Of a stretch of DNA of 31,360 bases, positions 16,676 to 25,460 are shown in pieces. Both the position numbers and the translations under genes were made by a program. How positions within the stretch are numbered: the stretch's first letter is position 1; every line of letters begins with the position of its first letter. Origin of the DNA: Planctomycetota bacterium (GTDB taxonomy: Bacteria > Planctomycetota > B15-G4 > JADJEK01). The stretch covers positions 1 to 31,360 of the forward strand of contig JBGAIQ010000061.1 of the NCBI GenBank assembly GCA_044225365.1, written 5' to 3'. The notes under the pieces were generated by a model. It was not told the origin of the DNA and ran no database searches. It saw only the letters and a program-made list of their open reading frames with translations.

Positions 16676-18703
16676 TTAGCCCTCGCCGTGACCCCCGTGA
16701 CCGCCATGACCTCCCCCGCCACCGTGGGAGTCGTGACCGGAATGCGCGTCGTGGCGATCGTGCCGATCGTGGCGGTCGCCCTTGCCCTCGACGGGAAGGA
16801 CGCGGAACTCATCCGATCGCAGTTCGTCCTCGACGTGGACGCGGATCGGGCGGCCGCCCTTCTTCTCGAGGTCGACCAGGATCGCGCGCTTCTCGTTCAC
16901 GAAGTACTCGGCGTTCTCCTTGTTCAGGTAGACGTCGAGCGCGAGATTGCGCCGCGCGAGCAGGAGCTTGATCTGCCGCGTGAGATTGAGGAACAGCGTT
17001 TCGTGGGTGGCGACGTAACCGACGCCCCGACAGCTCTGGCAGCGCTGGAAGATCGACTGTCGAAGCGACGGTCGCACGCGCTGACGGGTCATCTCGATCG
17101 TGCCGAACGGGGACATCCGCGCGACCTTGATGCGCGCTCGGTCCGCGGCGAGCGCGTTCCGGAAGTGCTTCTCGAGCGCGCGACGTCGCTTCTCCGACAT
17201 CATGTCGATGAAGTCGAGGACGATCACGCCACCGAGGTCGCGCAGCCGCAGCTGACGCGCGATGGCGTCGGCGGCCTCGCAGTTGATCTTGAACGCGGTC
17301 TCCTCGAGGTCTTCCTCGTCGCGGAAGCGCCCCGAGTTGACGTCGATCGCGACGAGGGCTTCAGTCTGTTCGATGACGAGCGACCCGCCCGACTTCAGAT
17401 CGACGCGGTGGATGAACAGCCGTCCGATCTCGTCCTCGACGCCGTAGGCGACGAACAGTGGACGCTCGCCGACGTAGAGCTTCACGTTGTTGACGGCCTT
17501 CGGCATCACCGTCGCCAAGAACTCGCGCGCGCGGCGCGCGACGTCCTCGTCGTCGACGATGATGTCGCCCATCTCCGGCGTGTAGACGTCACGGATCGTG
17601 CGGATGACCAGGTCGCTCTCGCGATAGAGCAGCGAGGTGCCCTTCGTCTTCTCCGCAGCGTCCTCGACGCGATCCCAGAGCTTCGTCAGGTAGCGGTAGT
17701 CCTTCTGCAGCTCCTTGCGATTCTGGCCGATCCCGGCCGTTCGCACGATGAAGCCGAGTCCGTCGCGAACCTCGAGCGTGTCGAGGATCTTCTTCAGGCG
17801 ATCGCGTTCGCGCGCGTCCTCGATCTTGCGCGAGACGCCGCGGCGATCGAGGCCCGGCATGAGGACGAGATAACGGCCGGGGAGCGAGAGATAGGTGGTC
17901 AGCGTCGGGCCCTTCGTGCCCATGCCGTCCTTCGTCACCTGGACGATGACCTCGCTGCCCTTCTGGATCAGCTCGGTGATCGGCCGCGTCCTTCGCTTGT
18001 CGTTCGGGCGCGACGGCCCCTCGATCTTCGAGGCGGAGCTGCGCGGCGGGCGATCGTCCTCGTCGGCGTCGGGTTCATCGTCCGTGTCGTCGTCGTCGTC
18101 CGTCTCGTCGTCGGCATCGTCCGCATCTGCATCGAGATCGTCGTCCGTCTCGTCGTCCAGCTCATCGGAATCGTCGGGGTCGTCGGGGTCCGAAGGATCG
18201 AGCGATGCATCGTCGTCGCTGACGTCGAGGTCGGTCGCTTCCGCATCCTCGTCGGCGTCGGCTGCCTCGTCACCGAGGTCCGCGTCGGTGTCGGCGTGAG
18301 CCGTCGCAGCGAGGTCCTCGCCGGGGACGGCACTTCCTTCCGCGACTTCGGGTGTGGGTTCGGTCGCGGCGCCGGAACCCTCGCCGCTGTTCTGCGCGGC
18401 CAGCGCCGCCGCCTTGGCGGCCGCGGCCTTGTCGTCCTTCTCCTTGCGCGCCGCCTTGCCGAGCAGGACGGGATGATCGGCCACGTCCGAGACGTGGAGG
18501 AAGCCGTGGCGCGGTCCTCCGATCTCCACGAACGCGGCGCCGATCGACGGCTCGACGTTCGTTACGCGGCCCTTGTAGATGTTACCGAGGGACGAGTCGA
18601 CGGAGAGCCGTTCGACGTAGTACTCCTCGAGAATGCTGCCTTCGACAATCGCGACTCGGATTTCCTCCGACTCGCTCGCATTGATGAGCATCTTGCGGGA
18701 CAT
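16676..18703 (-). CDS. rne: Ribonuclease E/G family endoribonuclease
   Basis: MLINA..EEIRVA, GNIYKGRV, AAFVEIG, VQVTKD..GTKGPTLTT, IDVNSG, LRDLGG..LDFIDM, Zn-link CQSCRG. Start set at ATG 18703; 675 aa. Confidence 0.93.
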   Translation of the reverse strand: MSRKMLINASESEEIRVAIVEGSILEEYYVERLSVDSSLGNIYKGRVTNVEPSIGAAFVEIGGPRHGFLHVSDVADHPVLLGKAARKEKDDKAAAAKAAALAAQNSGEGSGAATEPTPEVAEGSAVPGEDLAATAHADTDADLGDEAADADEDAEATDLDVSDDDASLDPSDPDDPDDSDELDDETDDDLDADADDADDETDDDDDTDDEPDADEDDRPPRSSASKIEGPSRPNDKRRTRPITELIQKGSEVIVQVTKDGMGTKGPTLTTYLSLPGRYLVLMPGLDRRGVSRKIEDARERDRLKKILDTLEVRDGLGFIVRTAGIGQNRKELQKDYRYLTKLWDRVEDAAEKTKGTSLLYRESDLVIRTIRDVYTPEMGDIIVDDEDVARRAREFLATVMPKAVNNVKLYVGERPLFVAYGVEDEIGRLFIHRVDLKSGGSLVIEQTEALVAIDVNSGRFRDEEDLEETAFKINCEAADAIARQLRLRDLGGVIVLDFIDMMSEKRRRALEKHFRNALAADRARIKVARMSPFGTIEMTRQRVRPSLRQSIFQRCQSCRGVGYVATHETLFLNLTRQIKLLLARRNLALDVYLNKENAEYFVNEKRAILVDLEKKGGRPIRVHVEDELRSDEFRVLPVEGKGDRHDRHDRHDAHSGHDSHGGGGGHGGHGGHGEG

Positions 18704-19419
18704 CGTGGATCCCTGTTCGGTTGGCGAAGGCGCGAACGAACGCACCGTCGCGATGCGGGGAACGCATCGCGCAGCGCCTCGTCGGAACGACCGGCGTATC
18801 GGCTCGATGAAGCCGCGCTGGCCGCCCCGTACCGCGAACCCCAAGGAACTTTGGGGGGCTCGTGGTCACGCATCCTCCGAGCCTCGATGGCTCCACCGCG
18901 ACGCCGTTCGGGCGCTTCATCGCAGGACGTCCACGACTTCTTGCGAGTCGTCGGCGCGATGGACTCGCGCACGGAGTCGTCCTCGACAGCAACGCAGCCC
19001 TGAGCTCTTCCTCGACCGAAGCGATCCGTCCCCGCACTCGACCCGCTGGGTCGACCGATGAAGCGGATGCGCTTTGCTTCGTGGCCAAGGACGCCGGCGA
19101 TCCACAATGGATGGATCGAAGCAGTCTCTCCCGTGTTCGTTACGCAACGTCGATCCGGGATGCTTGCCGTGGGAGTCTCGGCATTCACCCATTCGAGGAC
19201 CGCCGTCGGCCGCGACTCCGCAGCCTTCGCGCGTGTTTCTTGTCTGTCTTGATCCGTTCCGTCTTCGCGTTGGTTCGAATCGGAGTTGCCGATCCTCGTA
19301 CCGGCGACGTCCGAAGCCGGCACGAATCCCACGAATTGGACCGATCACGGCCTGCGTCGTCGCTCCCGCGCACGGAGGGTGTTTCGGCTTCCGCGCGGGC
19401 CGCGACGAAAGGCCCAGGT
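18704..19419 (-). ncRNA. Putative long structured 5' leader of RNase E/G
   Basis: No credible CDS; many hairpins; lies between a sigma70-like promoter and the rne start. Confidence 0.45.
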
Positions 19420-19424
19420 TTCGG

Positions 19425-19453
19425 AATGTAATAACGGGCGCAACCGCGAGCAA
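19425..19453 (-). promoter_or_regulatory. sigma70 promoter upstream of the rne leader
   Basis: TTGCTC-N17-TACATT on the minus strand, in a locally AT-rich patch. Confidence 0.6.
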
Positions 19454-19527
19454 GAACCGAATCCTCGGCGTCGCGCGCAGAGGAGCGACCGATCGAGGAT
19501 CCCTCGCGGCTGGAACATGCAACGGCC

Positions 19528-19566
19528 GTGCCTGCTCCGACCTCTCGTGAGGATCGGAGCAGGCAC
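19528..19566 (-). terminator. Strong hairpin downstream of pilQ (terminator or 3' stabiliser)
   Basis: GTGCCTGCTCCGA...TCGGAGCAGGCAC 13-bp stem plus an inner CCTC/GAGG stem; no clear U tract. Confidence 0.5.
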
Positions 19567-19600
19567 AGGGATCGTGGACCATTCCGCTGTCAGGAGTCGA

Positions 19601-21706
19601 TCAGCCGTTCGAGCCCGCGGGCTTCTCCGTTGGCGCCGGAGAGTCCGTCGAGTTCGAGCCGCCCGTGGACGGCGCGTTCGGAATCATCGAGCCGAAGGGC
19701 AATGTGCCTTCGGCCGGCGGAACCTCTGCCGCCATCGGAGCCGGACTCGGTTCCGTCGCCGGAGCCGGGTTCGTCGCCGGAGCTTGGGGCGAAACCGGGG
19801 CCGCGGCAGCGGGCGTCGCCGTACCGGTCTCGGTCGCAGCCGGAGTGGCAGCTTCGGCCTTCGTCTTCTCGGGTTCGCCCGAGGCTCCCCCACTGCCGCC
19901 GCCCGCCGCGCCCATCAGGCGTCGCCATTCGGCGTCCTGCGAGTTCGCGTCGTTCTGCAGCATCTTCGAGAGGTTGTCCTCACCGACTTGCGCGCCGCGA
20001 ATGATCGTCGGCGTGAGGAAGACGAGGAGGTGGTTGTGAGACTCGGAGTCCTGCGTACGCTTGAAGAAGAAGCCGATGAGCGGGATGTCGCCGAGCAGCG
20101 GGACCTTGTGGACCAGCTTCGCCTGGCGATCGGTGATGAGACCACCGATCACGCCCGTTTGACCGCTCTCCAGCATCATGTTGGTGACGACCGTTTGCGA
20201 TGTGATCTGCGGCAGCGAGATCGTCGCGAGGTCGGTCGAACCGAATCGGTTGAAGCCCTGGAGCTCGGGGTCCGTCGTACCGGACAGGAACCGCGCCTGC
20301 GGGATGACCGTCATCAGGACCTTGCTCGAACCCGGAACGACGTGCGGGATCACGAGGAGCTGGAAACCGGTCTCGACCGGCGAGTTCTCGGCTTCCTTCA
20401 ACGTGAACTGCAGACCGCCGGCCTGGTTCGTCGCGGCCTGCGCCTCGGCGTACCGGATGATGTCACCAACGAACACGGTCGCGTCCTGATGATCGAGAGT
20501 GATCAGCTTCGGGGCCTGGACGACCTCAGCGTGATTCACGTCCTGGTTCAGGCGCACCGCGAGTCGGACGTTCCGGAAATCGAGGAGACCCGTGAGCAGG
20601 TCCGTCGCATCCGCGTGGATGACGTTCGGGCCCTTCAGCGGATCGCCATCGTCGATCGGGAAGATGTGATCGTCGATGCCGCCGGGTCCGAGGTTGAACG
20701 GGACCTTCGAGCTGATCGCCGCGCCGTTGAACGTCGCGGTCACCTGCTCCGCGCCCATCGCGAGGTCGAGATTGTCGCCCTCGGAGGTGGTCACGAACTT
20801 GACGTCGATGAAGATCTGCGCGGGCTCGATGTCGAGACGCTCGACGATTTCCGCGACACGATCGATGACCGGCTTCGTGTCCTTGATGAAGATCGCGTTC
20901 TGCTTGTCGAAGTAGTCGAGCTGACCGTTCTTGCTGAGCTGCTTGCGCAGCGCATCGAGGAGCGGGAAGGTCTTGTCGAATTCCTTCTGCGGGTCCTGCT
21001 GATTCGCCTGGTTCTGGTTCTTCTGCGGACCGCCGACCGCGAAGTCCGTCTTGATCGTCGCCGTGTAGGGCGCGCGCGGACGGAGATAGCGCATCTGCAC
21101 CACCCGCGTCTCGAGCTGCTCGACGAGCGACGCCGTCGTGACGATGCGCAGGATCCCGCGCTCCTCCTCCACGACGTGATAGCCGAGCGTCTTCACGACG
21201 TTGTCGAGCGCATCGCGCCACGGCCGATCCTTCAGATCGAGCGTAACGACGCCCTGGACGTCCGGCGCGATCACCACGTTGGCGCCCGCTTGTTGCGCGA
21301 TCGCCGTGATGACCTTGCGAATGTCCTCGTCGCTGAACGAGTAGTTGACGGTGGTCGGCTTCTCGACCTTGAACACCCGGCCGCGCGTCTCGATGACGAC
21401 GCAACCCGCGTTCTCGGCGACGAGATCGAGCGCCTCGCGCCACGGCACGCCACGGAAGGTGAGGGTCACCTTCGCATCGACGCCCGGAGCGAGCAGGATG
21501 TTCGCACCCGACTTGTCGCGGATCAGCTTGAGGACGTCCTCGATGGGACGTCCGTTGACATCGAGGTCGATGGATGCCGACTCATCGACGGCACCCGGAA
21601 CCGCCTCGCCGGTTCCGAAGATTTGAGCACCGGCCGTGGGGGCCAGCGCAACGAGCACGAACGCCAGGCCGAGACCCGACGCCGCGCGAAAGACGCGCGT
21701 AGACAT
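19601..21706 (-). CDS. pilQ: Outer-membrane secretin PilQ
   Basis: Signal peptide (AGA|Q), two STN/N0-like domains, N3 domain, LDIEPAQIFID, APKLITLD, ETGFQLLVIP, KVPLLGDIPLIGFFF, LLVFLTPTII. ATG 21706 has a GGAGG RBS. Confidence 0.92.
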   Translation of the reverse strand: MSTRVFRAASGLGLAFVLVALAPTAGAQIFGTGEAVPGAVDESASIDLDVNGRPIEDVLKLIRDKSGANILLAPGVDAKVTLTFRGVPWREALDLVAENAGCVVIETRGRVFKVEKPTTVNYSFSDEDIRKVITAIAQQAGANVVIAPDVQGVVTLDLKDRPWRDALDNVVKTLGYHVVEEERGILRIVTTASLVEQLETRVVQMRYLRPRAPYTATIKTDFAVGGPQKNQNQANQQDPQKEFDKTFPLLDALRKQLSKNGQLDYFDKQNAIFIKDTKPVIDRVAEIVERLDIEPAQIFIDVKFVTTSEGDNLDLAMGAEQVTATFNGAAISSKVPFNLGPGGIDDHIFPIDDGDPLKGPNVIHADATDLLTGLLDFRNVRLAVRLNQDVNHAEVVQAPKLITLDHQDATVFVGDIIRYAEAQAATNQAGGLQFTLKEAENSPVETGFQLLVIPHVVPGSSKVLMTVIPQARFLSGTTDPELQGFNRFGSTDLATISLPQITSQTVVTNMMLESGQTGVIGGLITDRQAKLVHKVPLLGDIPLIGFFFKRTQDSESHNHLLVFLTPTIIRGAQVGEDNLSKMLQNDANSQDAEWRRLMGAAGGGSGGASGEPEKTKAEAATPAATETGTATPAAAAPVSPQAPATNPAPATEPSPAPMAAEVPPAEGTLPFGSMIPNAPSTGGSNSTDSPAPTEKPAGSNG

Positions 21707-21869
21707 TCGTATCCTCCCTCGTGCGTTGACATCCTTCACGGTTTCTTGTGCCGCGAAGGCGTTCGCAAAGCGAGTCCTTTCACTTCCACGATCACTTCCC
21801 GTGCGCCGAACGCCGACGCACGTCCTCGAACCACGCTGCCGCCATGGAGAGATCGGTTGCCCGATCTCG

Positions 21870-23264
21870 TCAGCGCGTTCGAGCGAGCACGACGCCGCGG
21901 TACTGGAATTCGATCCGGTCCGCTGCGATGTGATGGACGACTAGGTCTTCTTCGAGGGGATCTCCCTCGTGGAGGACGTGACCGTTGATCACCACGACGG
22001 AACCCGTCGGGGACACGATCGCGCCCTTGATGTCGAGCTTCTTGCTGGAGAAGTCCCGCGTGACTTCGGCCTCGAAGGCGACGCGGTCGATCTCATGGAT
22101 CAGGTCCGCGATCTCCGGCGTGACGCGCTTGCCGTCGATGCGACCTTGCAGCGCTTCGTGCTTCTTGATCACGGTGTCGTAGTGACCATCCTGGAGCAAC
22201 GAGCGCATCTCGTCACGGAGGCTCCGCAGGTCGGTGGCCGTGGTCTTCCCCGTGACGTTCGGATCGCGAGCCACGAGTTGCTGTACCACGGGGCGCACGT
22301 CCTTCTCGATCCGCCGCTTCAGCGAAAGATCGGTGACGGCGTCGGGGGCGGTCGCGGCTTCGAGCTTCTGCTGGATGTCCGCGAGCTGCTTGTCGATCTC
22401 GGTCTCGATCTCGAGGCGTCGGATGAAGTTGACGCCGGGCTGCTCGAGCGACTGGATGAGGCTCGAGAGCTGAGTCGACATATCGCACAAGACGTCGACC
22501 GCAGCCTTCTGGTCCTGGAACGGCCAGCCCTTCTGATCCTGGTCGGTGATGCGGCGGCGCGGATCCACGAAGAAGTCGCGGCGCAGCGGATTCTCGACCA
22601 GCGTGTAGGTCTCGACCTGGTTCTCCGACCGACGCAGCAGGATCTCGTCCTGGAGTTGTTCGACGCGCTTGTCGTAGTTCTGGATCGTGACCGATTTGCC
22701 GGAGTCGTTGCTGTGATAGCTGTACGTCTCGAGTTCGATCGAGATGTCGTGGCGCACGTCCTCGCGCGCCAGTTCCTTCGTCCAATCGCCCTTCTTGACG
22801 TCGATCTTCGTCACGCGGACGAAGCGCTCCCAACCCTCGGCGAGGGAGAGGAACTTCAAGAACTGGTGGAGGTTCGCGGTCAGCTCCGCCTTGTAGATGA
22901 CCTTGTCGAACCCTTCCTTGTTCTTGCTGCGATCGATCGGGTTGTCGAGGGTCTTCAGCAGGACGTTCGACTCTTCGGCGAACTTCGAGAGCTTGTTCAC
23001 GAACTCGTTCACTTCGGTCGAGTTCGGGAGGATGCGGACCGAGTGCGACAGGTTCTCGCGCAGACAGATGACATCGACTTCGAGGCCATCGATGCGCGCG
23101 ATCTTCACGTCGGCGAGTTCGATCTGCTTCTTGATGCTGGCTTCCTCGTCGCGGGCGGACTGGTACTCGCCGTAGCAGAAGTACCCGCCGCCGACGGCCA
23201 GCGCGGCCGTCGCGAGGTAGCCGAGGGAGAGCATGAGGACGCTTTTCTGGATGTGCATGGCCAC
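21870..23264 (-). CDS. pilO: PilO-domain protein with long C-terminal extension (possible PilO-PilP fusion)
   Basis: TM helix, coiled coil, LPNSTEVNEFV, HQFLKFL...ERFVRV (PilO), then about 270 extra aa; sits between pilN and pilQ. Confidence 0.75.
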   Translation of the reverse strand: MAMHIQKSVLMLSLGYLATAALAVGGGYFCYGEYQSARDEEASIKKQIELADVKIARIDGLEVDVICLRENLSHSVRILPNSTEVNEFVNKLSKFAEESNVLLKTLDNPIDRSKNKEGFDKVIYKAELTANLHQFLKFLSLAEGWERFVRVTKIDVKKGDWTKELAREDVRHDISIELETYSYHSNDSGKSVTIQNYDKRVEQLQDEILLRRSENQVETYTLVENPLRRDFFVDPRRRITDQDQKGWPFQDQKAAVDVLCDMSTQLSSLIQSLEQPGVNFIRRLEIETEIDKQLADIQQKLEAATAPDAVTDLSLKRRIEKDVRPVVQQLVARDPNVTGKTTATDLRSLRDEMRSLLQDGHYDTVIKKHEALQGRIDGKRVTPEIADLIHEIDRVAFEAEVTRDFSSKKLDIKGAIVSPTGSVVVINGHVLHEGDPLEEDLVVHHIAADRIEFQYRGVVLARTR

Positions 23265-23280
23265 GGTGTGTTCTCCGTCC

Positions 23281-23952
23281 TCACTTCGCCGCAGCAGCCG
23301 GCTTCTTTGCCGCTGCCTTCTTCTTGCCGTCCTTCTTGCCGCCGTCCAGCGAGCGATCCTTCAGCTGGAGCGTGAACTCGAACGCGCACGAGTCCGTGGG
23401 CTCGAAGTCCTTGTCCTGCTGCACCTCGCCCGTCGGATTCGAGATTGCATCGAAGTCCTTCATGAACGCGCCGGACTTCAGATCGCTGTGGAAGGCGGAG
23501 AGCTTGTCGAACTTGTTGGAGACGGAATTGCCCTTCATCGTGAGAGCGGGCGAGCGCGCCGACGACATGTCCATCGTCATGTCCTTCAGCCAGATCGTGT
23601 GGCGATCGACTTCGGCGGGCGTGTCGATGAGCGACCAGAGCTGGTCGAGCTTCTTCGTCCAGAGGACGCGGCTCGAACTGAACTGCTTGATGTGATCGAG
23701 GCGAGCCGAGAATTCCTTCTTCTCGTCCTCGAGCTTGTCGCAGTAGTCCGCGCGCGGCTTCTTGCTCTCGAGCGAGTCCTGAGCGATCTGGATGTCGCTG
23801 CGAGCGCCGCCGACGATGCCGAACCACGAGTAGGCGACGCCGACCGCGGTGAGACAGACGAAGACGACGAGTCCGATCATCCCGAGGAAGAGCGCGGGAG
23901 CCGTTCGCTCGTTGCCGCGCATTTCGGGCGGAAGCAGATCGATGCGAATCAT
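23281..23952 (-). CDS. pilN: Type IV pilus alignment protein PilN
   Basis: MIRIDLLP (INLLP motif), TM helix, coiled coil, W..L..L, IWL; ATGA overlap with pilM. Confidence 0.85.
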   Translation of the reverse strand: MIRIDLLPPEMRGNERTAPALFLGMIGLVVFVCLTAVGVAYSWFGIVGGARSDIQIAQDSLESKKPRADYCDKLEDEKKEFSARLDHIKQFSSSRVLWTKKLDQLWSLIDTPAEVDRHTIWLKDMTMDMSSARSPALTMKGNSVSNKFDKLSAFHSDLKSGAFMKDFDAISNPTGEVQQDKDFEPTDSCAFEFTLQLKDRSLDGGKKDGKKKAAAKKPAAAAK

Positions 23953-24992
23953 CGCGAGCCCTCCTTCAGAACGCGCGACGCGAGACCGACGGCGACCGCG
24001 AGTTGGGATGCGTTTTCACTGAGCGCCTGCGGCTCGAGTCGCCCGCCGTCGACGGCGAGCCCCGAGACGGGACTCCATTTCGAGGTGCGGCGTTCGAAGA
24101 CGCGTTCGAGGGATTCCTCGAGGAGGGGCGTCTTCACGGCGCCGCCCGAGAGGTACACGTCCTCGACCTTCTCGCCACCCTGACGATCCTCGTAGTACTC
24201 GAGCGAGAGCATGATCTCGTTCGCGAGTTCGTCGACCGAATGCGTGAGTGCGGCGACCACTTCGTCGTGGCGCTCGCCGGGATCGCGCTTCAGATGCTCG
24301 GCCTCGGCCGTCTCGACTCCGATGCGCTTGCTGATCGCGCCCGTGAAGTCGTCGCCACCGAGATACACCTCGCGGGTGAAGCGCGGCTCGTGCGCCTTGA
24401 CGACGCTGACGGTCGTCTTGCTCGCGCCGACATCGACGAGTGCGCAGACCCGTGAGCCGAGCGTCGCGTCGTTGTTCGCGCGAGCCACCAGCTCGAACGC
24501 GTTGCCCACGGCGAACGGGTCGACGTCGACGTTCGCGACGTCGAGTCCAGCCTTCTTGAGCAATTGGACACGGTTCTCGATCACGTCGCGCTTGCTCGCG
24601 ACGAGGAGGACCTTCATCTCACCCGCCCGATCCCCCGGCGCTTCGAGTCGCGCGCAATCCGTGATGACCTCGTCGAGGTCGAAGGGGATGTACTTCTCGG
24701 CCTCGAAGCGGAGGGCGGCGCGCAGATTCGCGTCGGGCACCTCGACCATCGAGAGGAAGCGGACGATCACCGATCGCCCCGACACTGCGGTCGCGGCGCG
24801 GCGCGTCTGGAACGAGCAGGCCTTCAGCAGATCGCTGAGGGCATCCGCGGGATCACCTCCGCGCGGAACCGCGATCTGTCCGTAGCCGCTCACGACCAGC
24901 TCGTCGCCGACTTTCGTCAGTTCGACCGCCTTGATCGAATCGCTGCCGATGTCGACGCCGATCAGACTCTTCTTGCGTTGAAACAATCCCAT
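23949..24992 (-). CDS. pilM: Type IV pilus assembly protein PilM (actin-like)
   Basis: IGVDIGSDSIKAVEL, EAEKYIPF, VDVGASKT, GGDDFT, YLSGG, AVGLA. Start set at MGLF. Confidence 0.95.
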   Translation of the reverse strand: MGLFQRKKSLIGVDIGSDSIKAVELTKVGDELVVSGYGQIAVPRGGDPADALSDLLKACSFQTRRAATAVSGRSVIVRFLSMVEVPDANLRAALRFEAEKYIPFDLDEVITDCARLEAPGDRAGEMKVLLVASKRDVIENRVQLLKKAGLDVANVDVDPFAVGNAFELVARANNDATLGSRVCALVDVGASKTTVSVVKAHEPRFTREVYLGGDDFTGAISKRIGVETAEAEHLKRDPGERHDEVVAALTHSVDELANEIMLSLEYYEDRQGGEKVEDVYLSGGAVKTPLLEESLERVFERRTSKWSPVSGLAVDGGRLEPQALSENASQLAVAVGLASRVLKEGSR

Positions 24993-25049
24993 GGATGCTC
25001 CGTCCGCCGGAGTCCATGCGGTGCCGCCTCGCTGGATCCGGTCCATCGC

Positions 25050-25080
25050 TTATCGGCGCGACCCGAGATCCGACTTGAGG
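25050..25080 (-). promoter_or_regulatory. sigma28/FliA-like promoter upstream of pilMNOQ
   Basis: Minus strand CCTCAA-N17-GCCGATAA, same boxes and spacing as the pilT site. Confidence 0.65.
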
Positions 25081-25186
25081 GGCGGAAGAGAATTGAGACG
25101 AGAGAGAGGGAGGGATCGGTGATCGTCGATGGAGAGCCGCGAGGACGGGGCGAAACCTGGAATCGCCGCGGGCCGGCGACGAGGTC

Positions 25187-25456
25187 TCACATCTCGCCGA
25201 ACCCGTTCTCCACGATCTTGGCGACGGCGTCGACCTGCGCTTCTGCATCCGGTCCGTCCCCGCGGATCTTCAGCACAGACCCCTTCGGCGCTGAGATCGT
25301 CATCAGTTGCAGGACGGAACGACCGTCGACCTCGCGGCCCTCGCAGCCAACGACCAGCTTCGACTGGAACTTCATCGCGGCGGAGACCATCATCGCGATG
25401 GGCCGCGCGTGCATCCCCTGGGGGTTCGGGATCGTGACCTCGCGCTCGTAGGGCAT
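25187..25456 (-). CDS. ptsH: Phosphocarrier protein HPr/NPr
   Basis: GMHARP (His15) and DGRSVLQLM (Ser46). Confidence 0.95.
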   Translation of the reverse strand: MPYEREVTIPNPQGMHARPIAMMVSAAMKFQSKLVVGCEGREVDGRSVLQLMTISAPKGSVLKIRGDGPDAEAQVDAVAKIVENGFGEM

Positions 25457-25460
25457 GGGA

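Noticed and set aside
18060-18300. Tandem (gtc)n-type repeats as CRISPR or VNTR
   Set aside because: Simply Asp codons of the acidic RNase E insertion; no repeat-spacer periodicity.
15710-19003. 1097-aa plus-strand ORF (also 2683-4590, 7860-9284, 19286-21988, 27118-28797)
   Set aside because: Antisense shadows of well-conserved minus-strand genes in GC-rich DNA; no recognisable motifs.
18562-19582. Several 140-256 aa ORFs in the pilQ-rne gap
   Set aside because: Arg/Pro/Ser-rich, mutually overlapping, no RBS or domain signal; non-coding interpretation preferred.
18704-19600. tmRNA, RNase P RNA or tRNA in the long gap
   Set aside because: No GAGGAAAGUCC (RNase P) signature, no tRNA-like ends or tag peptide, and no cloverleaf found by eye; an Rfam scan would be decisive.
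21745-21780. c-di-GMP-I riboswitch-like GCGAAGGC...CGCAAAGC upstream of pilQ
   Set aside because: On the strand opposite to pilQ and lacks the GGCAAA element.
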